Part shown: positions 24,566 to 38,009 of the stretch, in pieces
Layout: each line of letters starts with the position of its first letter
How positions within the stretch are numbered: position 1 is the first letter of the stretch
Assembly: GCF_947568905.1 (NCBI RefSeq)
Contig: NC_079165.1
Location: 45,942,001-46,006,000 of the forward strand
Reading direction: 5' to 3'
From: Ostrea edulis
Lineage: Eukaryota
Length of the DNA: 64,000 nt
Notes under the pieces: model-generated
Database searches by the model: none
Told to the model about the DNA's origin: nothing
Seen by the model: the letters and a program-made list of their open reading frames with translations, nothing else
Translations under genes and position numbers: made by a program

Positions 24566-26079
24566 CAAACATATTCCACGCGTTTTTCATTCCTAAACCG
24601 TTACTATCAGAAATGTGTCCTAGTCGATGCACACTATAAATGTAATTCCACGTGTTTTTCATTCCTAAACCATTACTATCAGAAATGTGCCCTAGTCGAT
24701 GCACACAATAAATGAACTACATTTTGGATATATCGGGTACAGTATATCAGGCTGCGTAATCAGGCGCATTTAAGAATTCATGTCAGCTTCAAACTAAAAT
24801 AAACATCTCTGTGTTCCTGCCAAACTTGCCCGACCTTTACACTTAACACGAGGAACATTGCGACTTAGATGACATCCACGCTGTTCCGCCACGTGATAAC
24901 TCCGTACAACACCCTCATTCTCCTGCAATCCTCATTAAATACTATATACTCGGAATACTTATCCACTACCAATCAGGAACATATTTCACAAAAAGTCATG
25001 GTACTAAATATTACCGTCTGTATGGGAAATTAGGTATACTTTTCATTTCAACTTATATATTTGTCATAAATTTGCGATCGTAAAAGATACTGCATTTAAC
25101 AAATTTCAAAAGGTACTCTTGGTCTCAAGAACGTTCTTAAAATAGGTAAACACGTCAGGAAGTTTACAACGGAGTGTCGTTCTAGGACGACGAGTGACAC
25201 GTCCCTCTCTTCCACCGAGAGACCGAAAACCCACACCTTACTTCATCATGTCTTATGCATCTTAGTCGGTAACAGCCACATACAGCCCTAATTTTGTTGT
25301 TATTGATTTTCCTCATATTCTGTAATTTTCATGTCGAAATATTGTGAAACAAACAACTATGTATTTGTGGTATTCCTTTGCAATATAAATATATACCAAA
25401 ACTAAATATCTTCATTTTCCAATGAGGTTTTTTGGAGATCAAAGATCATAACGTTTGATGCTGCATCGAAGCAGGGACATCGATCAGATAAATATAATAC
25501 AAGAAAATTTATCGATATCTCAGAAAGAACGGGTAGGTCATTATCTGAAATAAGAAATATACACCAACACGATCGACTAGGCTTAGTTGTGAAACACCAA
25601 AACGATCGGCTAGGCTTAGTCGTGAAACACCAATCCGCGTTACGCCATTCGAAATTCCTACTGTAATTAACTGACCATCTCAAATGCACACTTAAATGTA
25701 AAATACGGTCTTTCAGAGTTACGACAAGAGAGGAATTTTTCATGAATTTAAACTGCATAGTATACAATCATGATCATGGAGGAATCATGGCCTGGATTTT
25801 TAAGTTTGAGATTTTTCGAGAAATTCGAGCCTGTTTCTGGGTCACCATGTTGATCATCATGGTGAACGGAAGGTGGTTGGTATCATATCTAAAACTGGGG
25901 TGAAAACTCCATGAGTTGAAAGAACTTGTGCTGAAAACGTTTGTATAATATGCACTTGTACAATAAATATGTTCAAATCATAAAACTGCCTGTTTGTATC
26001 AAAATCAATAATTAAGCCTACTGATAATCAATCGCAGTAATCAAAAACCATTAAAAAAATTTCCCTGGACCATGAAGTA

Positions 26080-26918
26080 ATTCACACGAATTAATCTAAA
26101 CTGACTGTGATTCACACGAACTAATCTAAACTGACTGTGATTCATACGAATTAATCTAAACTGACTGTGATTCACACGAACTAATCTAAACTGACTGTGA
26201 TTCATACGAATTAATCTAAACTGACTGTGATTCACACGAACTAATCTAAACTGACTGTGATTCATACGAATTAATCTAAACTGACTGTGATTCACACGAA
26301 CTAATCTAAACTGATTGTGATTCACACGAATTAATCTAAACTGACTGTGATTCACACGAATTAATCTAAACTGATTGATTCACACGAACTAATCTAAACT
26401 GACTGTGATTCACACGAATTAATCTAAACTGATTGATTCACACGAACTAATCTAAACTGACTGTGATTCACACGAACTAATCTAAACTGACTGTGATTCA
26501 CACGAATTAATCTAAACTGACTGTGATTCATACGAACTAATCTAAACTGACTGTGATTCACACGAATTAATCTAAACTGACTGTGATTCACACGAACTAA
26601 TCTAAACTGACTGTGATTCACACGAAGTAATCTAAACTGACTGTGATTCACACGAATTAATCTAAACTGACTGTGATTCACACGAACTAATCTAAACTGA
26701 CTGTGATTCACACGAATTAATCTAAACTGACTGTGATTCACACGAACTAATCTAAACTGACTGTGATTCACACGAATTAATCTAAACTGACTGTGATTCA
26801 TACGAACTAATCTAAACTGACTGTGATTCACACGAATTAATCTAAACTGACTGTGATTCACACGAACTAATCTAAACTGACTGTTATTCACACGAACTAA
26901 TCTAAACTGACTGTGATT
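26080..26918. repeat. 30-bp minisatellite, ~28 copies
   Basis: Unit GATTCACACGAA(C/T)TAATCTAAACTGACTGT. The C and T variants mostly alternate, and there are two 27-bp deletion units. Confidence 0.95.
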
Positions 26919-27306
26919 GACGTCCATACTTCTTGAAACCAAACAACTTCGACTACTGTAACCTAACGTTCTGGTGGTATCAAAGAAAATGTTGTGTTAC
27001 TTTGTAATTTATTTGTGACGTTTTATACAATAAATTCCAGATTCATTTATAAACTGTTCTCTATCTTATCTACATAACGGAGTTTATGTTATAAATATAG
27101 TTTAGAATTCCGGTCAGAAATAATAGGGTCTAATTAGACTGTTAATCGACGACATGCATCCGAAATGTCGGGCTGGTAGTGGACCTTGTAACAATTAATG
27201 TAAACATGTGACTTTTGTATATGTTATTATTTGTAACGTCAAGCGCCCGTGGAAGAAAAGGGTATGATAGATTTTAGTAGGTACAATGCAATAAATGATA
27301 TTATAT

Positions 27307-27354
<48 letters not shown>

Positions 27355-27472
27355 GAAATTATTCTGTGTCATGTACCAATGACCACAGTTCAGTCTAAAA
27401 TGTGACCCGACGAACTACAGAGGGCGATTGAGATTTCGTGATCTGAATTTTTGAATTCAACATCCTCTGAAA

Positions 27473-30400
27473 ATGTTATTTATCGAAGCCATTAAAAAAA
27501 TTATTTCATCCCACTCCAAAGAAATCAGTGGGTTTGTCATCATTTGTATCACTGTAGTGTTTGTGAGAAGGAGAAAACCGAGGTAAGCAGATGAGTTTTC
27601 TTCTTTCCTTTTTCTGCGTTCAAGACCACAATTATTGTGAAATGACAACATTCATTTACCGTTTACTTTGAAATATTTCAGTATATCTCAGAATCCAGTT
27701 GTAATCATTGAAAATATAGCTTAATTTTAAGTTAACACCAATTCTACTTTTGGTACATGTATGTTGTCTTGGTTAGAAAACAATATCCCAAGAATGTTGT
27801 CATCCATCACCAAGTCGGCCGTGGTCCGTTTGCTCCGAGTATCATGCCTTTTGCTGTCAAATTGGAGACGTACCTTCGAATGAACAATGTGCCGTATTTG
27901 GTGTGTAAAATGCATGTACTTTTTAATAAGGAAAAGATAAAACCATATGCAACCAATTTGCTTATTTATTTGGACAACCTTGGGAATGTACACTTGGACA
28001 AAGGTTAAGGACCACCCTGTTTATGTGAATGATTCATTTTTCTACTTCGGAAACTTAACTAAGAAATTGTACCAGAATTCAATTGTCTTAAACTTTAGAC
28101 GTTTGCAAATTTGATTATAAATAATACACCATAAGACAACAAAATTAAACAATAAAATCGAAGCATGTTTATTTTAAAGTACAGTGGTCCTTCACTTTTG
28201 GTCAAGCGTATATCATTAAACCTATAAAGAAATATTATGGATATTCCTTAATTCTTTAAGAATGTCCACGATAGCTATCAACGAAGAAGTTCAAAGGGAA
28301 AACTGACTTGGATCGAATACAATGGAATGAAAGTTGCCGATTCAGAATTCTCTATAAAATTTATTAACAAGGCCTTTGATGTTGATCCTGACAAACATTT
28401 AACCGAAGAAGAAAAGGCTATGGCCTATGCTATGCAAATTATGGTTGAAGAACATACCTATTGGTAAGACATTCTATTTTGTAAACTATCTCTTGGTAAG
28501 CCATTCTATATATATGGTATGGTAAGAACATGCATCTTACTTATACATTATATATGTTAAAAACATATTTATCAATAAGACATTCTTCATGGTAGGTACA
28601 TACATTTGTATATATTGGTATGACATTATATTTGTATATATTGGTATGACATTATATTTGTATAGATTGGTATGACATTACATTTGTATATATTGGTCTG
28701 ACATTATATTTGTATATATTGGTATGACATTATATTTGTATATATTGGTATGACATTATATTTGTATCTATTGGTATGACATTATATTTGTATAGATTGG
28801 TATGACATTATATTTGTATAGATTGGTATGACATTATATTTGTATATATTGGTATGACATTATATTTGTATAGATTGGTATGACATTATATTTGTATATA
28901 TTGGTATGACATTATATTTGTATAGATTGGTATGACATTATATTTGTATATATTGGTATGACATTATATTTGTATATATTGGTATGACATTATATTTGTA
29001 TATATTGGTATGACATTATATTTGTATATATTGGTATGGCATTATATTTGTATATATATTGGTATGACATTATATTTGTATATATATTGGTATGACATTA
29101 TATTTGTATATATTGGTATGACATTATATTTGTATATATTGGTATGACATTATATTTGTATATATTGATATGGCATTATATTTGTATATATATTGGTATG
29201 ACATTATATTTGTATATATTGGTCTGACATTATATTTGTATATATTGGTATGACATTATATTTGTATCTATTGGTATGACATTATATTTGTATCTATTGG
29301 TATGACATTATATTTGTATCTATTGGTATGACATTATATTTGTATATATTGGTCTGACATTATATTTGTATCTATTGGTCTGACATTATATTTGTATATA
29401 TTGGTCTGACATATTTGTATATATTGGTCTGACATTATATTTGTATATATTGGTCTGACATTATATTTGTATATATTGGTCTGACATATTTGTATATATT
29501 GGTATGACATTATATTTGTATATATTGGTATGACATTATATTTGTATATATATTGGTATGACATTATATTTGTATATATTGGTCTGACATATTTGTATAT
29601 ATTGGTCTGACATTATATTTGTATATATTGGTCTGACATTATATTTGTATATATTGGTCTGACATATTTGTGTATATTGGTATGACATTATATTTGTATA
29701 TATTGGTATGACATTATATTTATATATATATTGGTATGACATTATATTTGTATATATTGGTATGATATTATATTTGCATATATTGGTATGACATTATATT
29801 TGTATATGGTATGACATTATATTTGTATATATTGGTATGACATTATATTTGTATATATTGGTATGACATTATATTTGTATATATTGGTCTGACATTATAT
29901 TTGTATATATTGGTATGACATTATATTTGTATATATTGGTATGACATTATATTTGTATATATTGGTATGACATTATATTTGGCTATGATGGAAGACTACA
30001 CCTACTGGTAAAACATTCTGTATAAGATATTGTGAGTATAATGATTTACCTCCCCTATATCTACTGACATTCTGAATAAGATATTGTGAGTATAACGATT
30101 TACCTCCCCTATATCTACTGGTAAGACGTTCTGTTTAAGATATTGTGAGTATAATGATTTACCTCCCCTATATCTACTGACATTCTGAATAAGATATTGT
30201 TAGTATAATGATTTACCTCCCCTATATCTACTGGTAAGACGTTCTGTTTAAGATATTGTGAGTATAATGATTTACCTCCCCTATATCTACTGACATTCTG
30301 AATAAGATATTGTTAGTATAATGATTTACCTCCCCTATATCTACTGGTAAGACGTTCTGTTTAAGATATTGTGAGTATAATGATTTACCTCCCCTATATC

Positions 30401-33400
30401 TACTGACATTCTGAATAAGATATTGTTAGTATAATGATTTACCTCCCCTATATCTACTGGTAAGACGTTCTGTATAAGATATTGTTAGTATGACGATTTA
30501 CCTCCCCTATATCTACTGACATTCTGTACAATAAGATATTGTGAGTATGACGATTTACGTCCCCTATATCTACTGGTAAGACGTTCTGTATAAGATATTG
30601 TGAGTATAATGATTTACCTCCCCTATATCTACTGGTAAGACATTCTGTATAAGATATTGTTAGTATGACGATTTACCTCCCCTATATATACTGGTAAGAC
30701 GTTCTGTACAAGATATTGTGAGTATAATGATTTACTTCCCCTATATCTACTGGTAAGACATTCTGAATAAGATATTGTGAGTATGACGATTTATCTCCCC
30801 TATATCTACTGGTAAGATATTCTGAATAAGATATTGTTAGTATGACGATTTACCTCCCCTATATCTACTGGTAAGACGTTCTGTATAAGATATTGTGAGT
30901 ATAATGATTTACCTCCCCTATATCTACTGGTAAGACATTCTGAATAAGATATTGTGAGTATGACGATTTACCTCCCCTATATCTACTGACATTCTGAATA
31001 AGATATTGTGAGTATAATGATTTACCTCCCCTATATCTACTGGTAAGACGTTCTGTATATGATATTGTTAGTATGACGATTTACCTCCCCTATATCTACT
31101 GACATTCTGAATAAGATATTGTTAGTATGACGATTTACCTCCCCTATATCTACTGGTAAGACGTTCTGTATAAGATATTGTTAGTATGACGATTTACCTC
31201 CCCTATATATACTGGTAAGACATTCTGTATAAGATATTGTGAGTATAATGATTTACCTCCCCTATATCTACTGGTAAGACGTTCTGTATAAGATATTGTT
31301 AGTATGACGATTTACCTCCCCTATATCTACTGACATTCTGAATAAGATATTGTTAGTATGACGATTTACCTCCCCTATATCTACTGATAAGACGTTCTGT
31401 ATAAGATATTGTTAGTATGACGATTTACCTCCCCTATATATACTGGTAAGACGTTCTGTATAAGATATTGTGAGTATAATGATTTACCTCCCCTATATCT
31501 ACTGGTAAGACATTCTGTACAATAAGATATTGTGAGTATAATGATTTACCTCCCCTATATCTACTGGTAAGACATTCTGTACAATAAGATATTGTGAGTA
31601 TAATGATTTACCTCCCCTATATCTACTGGTAAGACATTCTGTACAATAAGATATTGTGAGTATAATGATTTACCTCCCCTATATCTACTGGTAAGACATT
31701 CTGTACAATAAGATATTGTGAGTATAATGATTTACCTCCCCTATATCTACTGGTAAGACATTCTGTATAAGATATTGTTAGTATAATGATTTACCTCCCC
31801 TATATCTACTGGTAAGACATTCTGTACAATAAGATATTGTTAGTATAATGATTTACCTCCCCTATATCTACTGGTAAGACATTCTGTACAATAAGATATT
31901 GTCAGTATAATGATTTACCTCCCCTATATCTACTGGTAAGACATTCTGTATAAGATATTGTTAGTATAATGATTTACCTCCCCTATATCTACTGGTAAGA
32001 CATTCTGTACAATAAGATATTGTTAGTATGATGGTTTTCGTCCTAGTTGAGAAATTTTCACTTATGTAGAGATGTAACTACAGTGTAGCTTTAGGTTAAG
32101 TGTTACAAATTTTGATCTAAGCATGGGGATAACGACCGTACCAGTGTGATATGAGACCTCCGTATCCGACAGACCCGTGAATACCGGGTGCTTAGCGAAG
32201 GAACATTCACTACCTATCTTAACGTCTTAAAATTGGCCATGGCACCGAGATCAAGATTCGAACTGGATTGCTCGAAAAAATCTGTCAGAATTTGAGTGAA
32301 ATAGCAGCCTTAAGTCCAAGTTTCGACTTTAGTTTATTTCGAGATATGCAGATCTCCCGGTGTCGGAGCGAGCGCCCTCACTATCAAACTATCGAGACCG
32401 TTTTATATGGTAAAAACAAACATTGGTGAAGAATTCTTAACATAGATATCATTAAACCTACTGCATGGTGTCGCTTTTAATATAAGCTTATTTTCAAAGG
32501 AATTTAAAGCTTGATAAGAAAATACAATGACAAATTTACTTGCTGGAATTTTGGCAGGGTACTGAAAATATTGCATAATGACATTATTCAGATGTTAAAG
32601 TTAAGCATAGTATACAAGGATAATGACTAGTGTACTTATGAAATATGAAAAGCAGAAAACTTGACAAAACATCAGGTAGCATTTTAAAATTCTTGCATTA
32701 TTAGATGAAAATGAGTTCACAACTTTTTTATTTTAAAGTCTTGTTTCATAGCCATGATATGGGAAATGGTTGGACACATACAGTGTGTATTTCCTCTTTT
32801 ATTGACGGAATTCGTGAAATTTTTAAAAGATAACTTCTTTCAACAATTTCAGGGCAGTGACTTTTTTTCGTTGGGTTTACGAGCGGGCAGAGAAAATCAA
32901 CACATATCTCGGGATTCCCGGTCTACTGCGGTATTTCCTAGTACAAGGACTGACAAAGAAGACGAAGGCCCAGGGCCTAGGCCTTCATTCACCATCCGAA
33001 GTTTACAGTATAATGGTGGACGACCTTAGAAGTCTGGCCACATTTCTAGGTACAGTGTACGGGCTTTTCTTGGTGTGGTCCATATTTGTATCAAGTCCTT
33101 GGTGTCAAAGCTTTGTTCGATATACGTTAGCTTTAATCTCGATCTACACACAGCTTTTGAGCTTCATGCATCAAGATGAATAAATTAAAAATGTGATTTT
33201 TCAATTTTGGCTTCCATCGATCATGGAAAATAATAAGATCAAAATCCTGAATCTTTATCAATTATTGTGATGCTTCAGTGGGTTAAACTTTCTAGCGCGA
33301 ATATCATTTCCAATACACATTAGGTAATAAAAGATTTCTGATGGGTGAGGAACCTTGTAAGGCAGACTGTGCCATATTTGGTCTACTTTCTCAAATGTAC

Positions 33401-33722
33401 TGGCTATCTTTTGGTGGAGAGAACGAAAGAGCAATTAAAGGTACGCATTCACTTCACATGTATCATCAATCACTCGTAAAGTGGTATATTGTTAAGGAAA
33501 TAAATATCTCCACTTAGAATCTCAATGAGATTCAGATGATTATTTAGTGCACATGATGTTTAATTTCGCATGATGTAAAACATGAACTTTAGCAAGCTAT
33601 TAATGTTGTTTTCATTAGAGTTCCCTTGTCTGTGTGATTACTGCGAGAGAATGAAATCCACGTTTTGGCCTGACTGGGACGACTGCATCACACACGGAGG
33701 CACAAAAACAGCATCGAATTAA
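27473..33722 (+). CDS. FAXC: Failed axon connections homolog (metaxin/GST-like), ~284 aa, 6 exons
   Basis: join(27473..27582,27777..27900,28261..28463,32853..33049,33324..33440,33619..33722) = 855 nt, open. Motifs: N-terminal hydrophobic anchor, SIMPFAVKLETYLRM, SSKGKLTWIEYNG..VADSEF, MVEEHTYW, DLRSLATFLGNKRFLMGEEPCKADCAIFG.L.Q, YCERMKSTFWPDWD. Confidence 0.92.
28604..29980 (+). repeat. 26-bp minisatellite (~53 copies) in FAXC intron 3
   Basis: Unit TATTGGTATGACATTATATTTGTATA, closely similar to the exon 3/intron 3 junction TATTG|GTAAGACATTCTATTTTGTAA. Confidence 0.95.
29981..32035 (+). repeat. 54/59/62-bp minisatellite (~35 copies) in FAXC intron 3
   Basis: Unit ATAAGATATTGTGAGTATAATGATTTACCTCCCCTATATCTACTGGTAAGACATTCTGT. 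The 54-bp variants lack GTAAG. The array is preceded by a diverged copy of the exon 3 end at 29985-30007. Confidence 0.95.
32140..32270 (-). mobile_element. Degenerate tRNA-derived SINE fragment
   Basis: The minus strand reads AGTTCGAATC (B-box) followed by AAGACGTTAAGATAGGTAGTGAATGTTCC..CACGGGTC, similar to the SINE body at ~50270-50570. Confidence 0.45.
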
Positions 33723-33825
33723 GTCAACGTCTCCAAATCCACAGAACTAAAGATGATATGGGTCCTATTTGGCCACAGAATTGACAGTCGTTCTTTTGTA
33801 AATAAAGTGATTTGATTGATTGTAT

Positions 33826-34084
33826 ATTGTTTAAAGTCCCTCTCGAAAATTTTTCATTCATATGGAGACGTCACCATTGCCGGTGAAGGGCTACAAAATT
33901 TAGGCCTATGCTCGGCGCTCACTGCCTTTGAGCTGGGAGGAATATTTTTAAAACGTGCCACACCTGCTGTGTCACGGGGCCTTGGTTTTTGCAGTCTCAT
34001 CCAAAGGACCGCCCCATATAGTCACCTTTTACGACAAGCAAGGGGTACTGAAGACCTATTCTATCTAGCCTGGATCCCCGCGGG
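33826..34084 (-). mobile_element. SINE-like dispersed repeat in the FAXC 3' region
   Basis: GC-richer block ending in (TGAT)n. The minus strand contains CTTGCTTGTCGTAAAAGGTGACTA...GTGACACAGCAGGTGTGGCACG. A related fragment GAGGTCCCGTGTCA..GCAG occurs at ~19030. Confidence 0.6.
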
Positions 34085-36923
34085 ATGGGTGATATGTGCA
34101 AAGAATTCCGATACAACTCTGTTATTTTCAATTTGAACAGGTTTACTTGGCTACATTCAAAATTATGACACCAGAAAGATAACACGCTCCCCATCATATT
34201 CAGTATTGCAGTACTACTTCTTTTAAGAGATATGACTTAAAGATTAATTTTTTTGTTCTTTATTATGTTATTGGATATAATGAATTCGCTGTCTCTGGAG
34301 GTTCACCATAACTGTGTTTTACTGTAGATTGAAAGTTACTTCTTTTCTATAAGAGAAAGTATTTGCACGACACTTATATATACAAACAATAAGAATATTA
34401 CAAATACTACTTTCAAGAAATTGACAAGCAACTCATCCCCCCCCCCGCAACGCGGAAGGGGACATAGAAATACCGGCGTCCGTTCGTCCCACTTGACTTT
34501 GTGGACGCAACTCCTCAGAAACCGCTCAACGGATTTCGTTCAAATTTTGTAGGATTGTTAGTCACCATATGTAATTGATCATAAATTATTACAAAGTGTC
34601 ATCATTTTGATTTGACAAATTTTACAGGAGTTATGGTACTTTGTTGAATTTGCAAATATCCACCACAAGTAATAGCGCTGTTTCATTCCTAGTTCTTTAT
34701 TACTTTAAGCTTGTCATTTCAAACCGCCGCAGCATTTTTTCATCTTTATGTGCCGAAAATCATACAAATGTTGTATATTGTAGGTTTGATGAAATAACTA
34801 CTGTATCTCTTCAAAACAATATAGCGCTATACAGACTATGTTTTAGTCATCTGATGATGCACCAATGTTAGACGCGGAGACACAGAAAAGCATAGAATTT
34901 GAATCTTGTAGAGAAATGATGCGGGGCCATTTCTCTACGTTGAAAAATGACCCCAAAAGCAATTATATATATACAATATTACAATTTCCAATATTTTAAA
35001 ATGTCTATAGTTATGAAAGAAAAATTAGATTTGTTGATTTTATGATAGTGCAGTATTTGTATGCCTTTCCCCAATTATATACTGATGTCATAATTTAGAT
35101 CTATGTAGTCCCCTTTCATAACATATGCATGTAAACCTTATTATGGAAATACACCAAAACATTGCTGTCCATGGTAATTTATCAACTTCATTTTAAGATG
35201 ATTTGTAAAAAAAAAATGATCGATTTCTGTTGGAAGTGAGTCCTTCATCCAGTTCGTCCCAGCCTGTCCATGACGATCGAACATTGTAAATTAAGACTGT
35301 TCACCGAGTCACTTAGAAGAACTTTTACATGACTGATATAAATATAACATTTTTCTGTTGGTTGAGGATTATTATCGAACTACAAATAATGTTGACCGTG
35401 GGTCATGGAACAAGCGATATTTGTATACAGCTGATTATCTGTCACTATCATTGCAGATAAAAACAACGAATGCAATTGAAAATTTCGAATGACAATGATC
35501 ACATAAAGGCGATTACCCCGGTACATGTATATTTCTTTATATCATATCTGTACTACACAAAAGATAATGCTCAACTGAATTTATCATTGTTGCGCACATA
35601 TGTAATCTTAGTATAAAATGTGTGTGATGCGGAAATTTTCCTGCAAATGCCAGATTTTATAATTTCACTATGCGCACAGAGAAGGAGGTTGATGAAAGGT
35701 CCTCTTTTGATTAATCGAAGTATTTCTTTTAACATACGCAAGTATTATCCATCGCCCTATATGTGCACATATCAAAATATTGACAGATGTAAGTAAAATT
35801 TGAAAGTTTTGGTTAAGAAAGAGCAATCCAAGTAAAATCAGGAGTTTGTTATTTTACTATGTGACGTTTTGGTGCTATTTCGTTTGTATATTTAGAGAGG
35901 GTGTTGCCCTCCACATGACTTCGATAGGTAAAAATGTGTCATCTTCTACTTTAATTTCTTTTATAGGCCAAATTTATATGGTAAGTGTACTTTATTCTTT
36001 TACCTGGACCTGTGAAATTCTCATTGTGATTCCGTGTCATTTTTTCCACGATATGAGAAGAAAGAAATCGGTTTAAATTCATTTATTCTTTGTTTTTAAT
36101 GTGACAGTAAATATTGACCTTGAAATCAACAAGGTCTATGTCGTGTGTCATGATTTTCCAGATGCCCTTGCTATGAAATAAAAATTCAACGGGCGTCAAT
36201 TCGTCATATGTGGGATTGATCTGAACTTATGATATTTTCTATACGACTGACCGTTGAAAAATGATCCGGAGTCAAACTTTCACGACTTTGGAGTCATTTG
36301 CAAACGTGGAAAAATGGCCTCGGAAAGAAAGTACTTATATCTGAATATTTTTATGTACTACAATTAATAAATACTAAGTGTTAATCCCTAGTATAGACTG
36401 GACCACCTGGATTGGGTGGACCCCCCCCCCCCCCTTCGCTGAGAAAATTATGGTTCTGTGCATGGTATACATGTACGTGGCTACACTTACCCTAACGTAC
36501 GTGTACAGTAGCAGTCTTCCAACAGTTAAACATGAATATAGCGAACCTCCAGAACCAGAGAAAAATGTTCGTTATAACCGAACTTCGCAATATTCAATAC
36601 AATTTTCGTTATAATTATCACTTCGCAATAAGCGTGATTTCATTATAAGCGTGTTTTGCTGTATTAACTTTGAAATAACAGGTTATTATCATCATACACA
36701 CATTAGTCTTCTCCAGGTATTTTCTACATCCGGTTTTATACAGAACTGTTTGTAACAACAGAATTCTTTATCAGATTTTGTTAATTTTGATAGACATATC
36801 AAGTGAATTTTGCCAAAACAGTGTGTCCGGCGATAGTCAGCATAGTAACATAGAAGTGTGCGTGCACAACTCCATGATATCTGGTCCCATCTGTCTAGCT
36901 GATTCTGAAACGGGATATGAAAT

Positions 36924-37928
36924 TCAAGACGGCACGGACATTTCAGTTGAATGGAAGGTCTTGTTGCAGTTACATAATTGCCTAAAAGCCCTCCGAAACT
37001 TTACATCAAAGCATATATATATCAAAGGATTCATGAAATGGTTGATAATTGAAAACCGCCCAAAAATCGTCCATGTTATGAGGGCATTTTTAGGAAAGTT
37101 TAAGTAGTTCACATGAGAATAGTCCAAAACGAACAGAACAATTGTTGGAACGAACGATACGATGTAAACAACGACAATCACGGCATACATTACATTAAAC
37201 CCACAATGGACGCCTGCATGTGTACCTTCGGAATCCCCACAGATCAGCGGCTCACGTTCTGTCTCGGTCACGTAGAAGAGTTTTCTTAATCTTAGTGCAA
37301 TAAGGGCATACAGAACCACAAGAACAACAAGAATGATCATCATTATCGCACAAATGAAACCCATATACACGAATAGCAAATGGTGATAACGACGAACATT
37401 GTGCATGTCAATGTACTTGCATATATTTCCAGAAACGTTTCGTTCTTGAAATTGTATTGAAATTGTTGGAGTTCCAGACAGGGCAAGCCATGGAATCGTG
37501 ATGACAGCTGAGGCTACCACTGTGGAACAAACTGAAATCCTCCTGCAAAACAACGTCAATTCGCTGCTACGTACATGGCACACTTTTTTGTAACGCTGCA
37601 CGGCAATGATTAGAAGAAAAGATGCCGATAGAAAGCCAGTGAACATCAGCGAAAAATGAAGCAACCTGCAGCATGTCTCAGACGGGTAGTTGAAAAAGAA
37701 ATAATTATCCGTTACATTGTAAACTGTCATTGAGAGCGATCCTAACAAGTCCGTGGCGGCCAGGATGGGAATGAAGTACCGATTCCCATTCTTGTCAGCG
37801 ACTTTACAACAGTACAAGAGAATTACAATGATGTTTCCAACGACACCCAGAATTCCAGCAGTTGTAATGAAAACAGTGTTTGGCAATATTATATTCGCGT
37901 ACTCTTGAGATAAATTAGCCATGGGCAT
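36924..37928 (-). CDS. Intronless orphan class A (rhodopsin-like) GPCR, ~332-334 aa
   Basis: Seven hydrophobic segments. TM1 GVVGN, TM2 LAATDLL, QRY in place of DRY, TM6 SFVP, TM7 NPLIY, helix 8 KFRRAF. Likely start is the ATG at 37928 or 37922, followed by the N-glycosylation site NLS. The ORF track begins at an upstream TTG. Confidence 0.9.
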   Translation of the reverse strand: MPMANLSQEYANIILPNTVFITTAGILGVVGNIIVILLYCCKVADKNGNRYFIPILAATDLLGSLSMTVYNVTDNYFFFNYPSETCCRLLHFSLMFTGFLSASFLLIIAVQRYKKVCHVRSSELTLFCRRISVCSTVVASAVITIPWLALSGTPTISIQFQERNVSGNICKYIDMHNVRRYHHLLFVYMGFICAIMMIILVVLVVLYALIALRLRKLFYVTETEREPLICGDSEGTHAGVHCGFNVMYAVIVVVYIVSFVPTIVLFVLDYSHVNYLNFPKNALITWTIFGRFSIINHFMNPLIYICFDVKFRRAFRQLCNCNKTFHSTEMSVPS

Positions 37929-38009
37929 TAAAATATAGAATGGCACACAATCTACAAAATATGGCTGTATCTCGTTGCAAAGCAATTATTTATATAAATA
38001 TTTCCAAGA

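Noticed and set aside
25402-25930. 121-aa minus-strand ORF and a nearby candidate exon
   Set aside because: No domain similarity; it includes a 33-bp local duplication, and the splice models I tried gave only short peptides.
26041-26942. ORFs of repeated VNHSQFRLVR
   Set aside because: They are stop-free frames of a 30-bp minisatellite, with no signal peptide or unique flanking coding sequence.
29334-29742. ORFs of repeated YQYIYKYNV
   Set aside because: These are minus-strand readings of the 26-bp array.
28604-32035. CRISPR-like appearance of the long regular arrays (also 26080-26918 and 52025-52236)
   Set aside because: The units are head-to-tail with no unique spacers, there are no cas genes, and the context is eukaryotic introns.
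33816-34197. 106-aa and 66-aa ORFs after FAXC
   Set aside because: They coincide with a SINE-like repeat, and the FAXC stop is already at 33720-33722.
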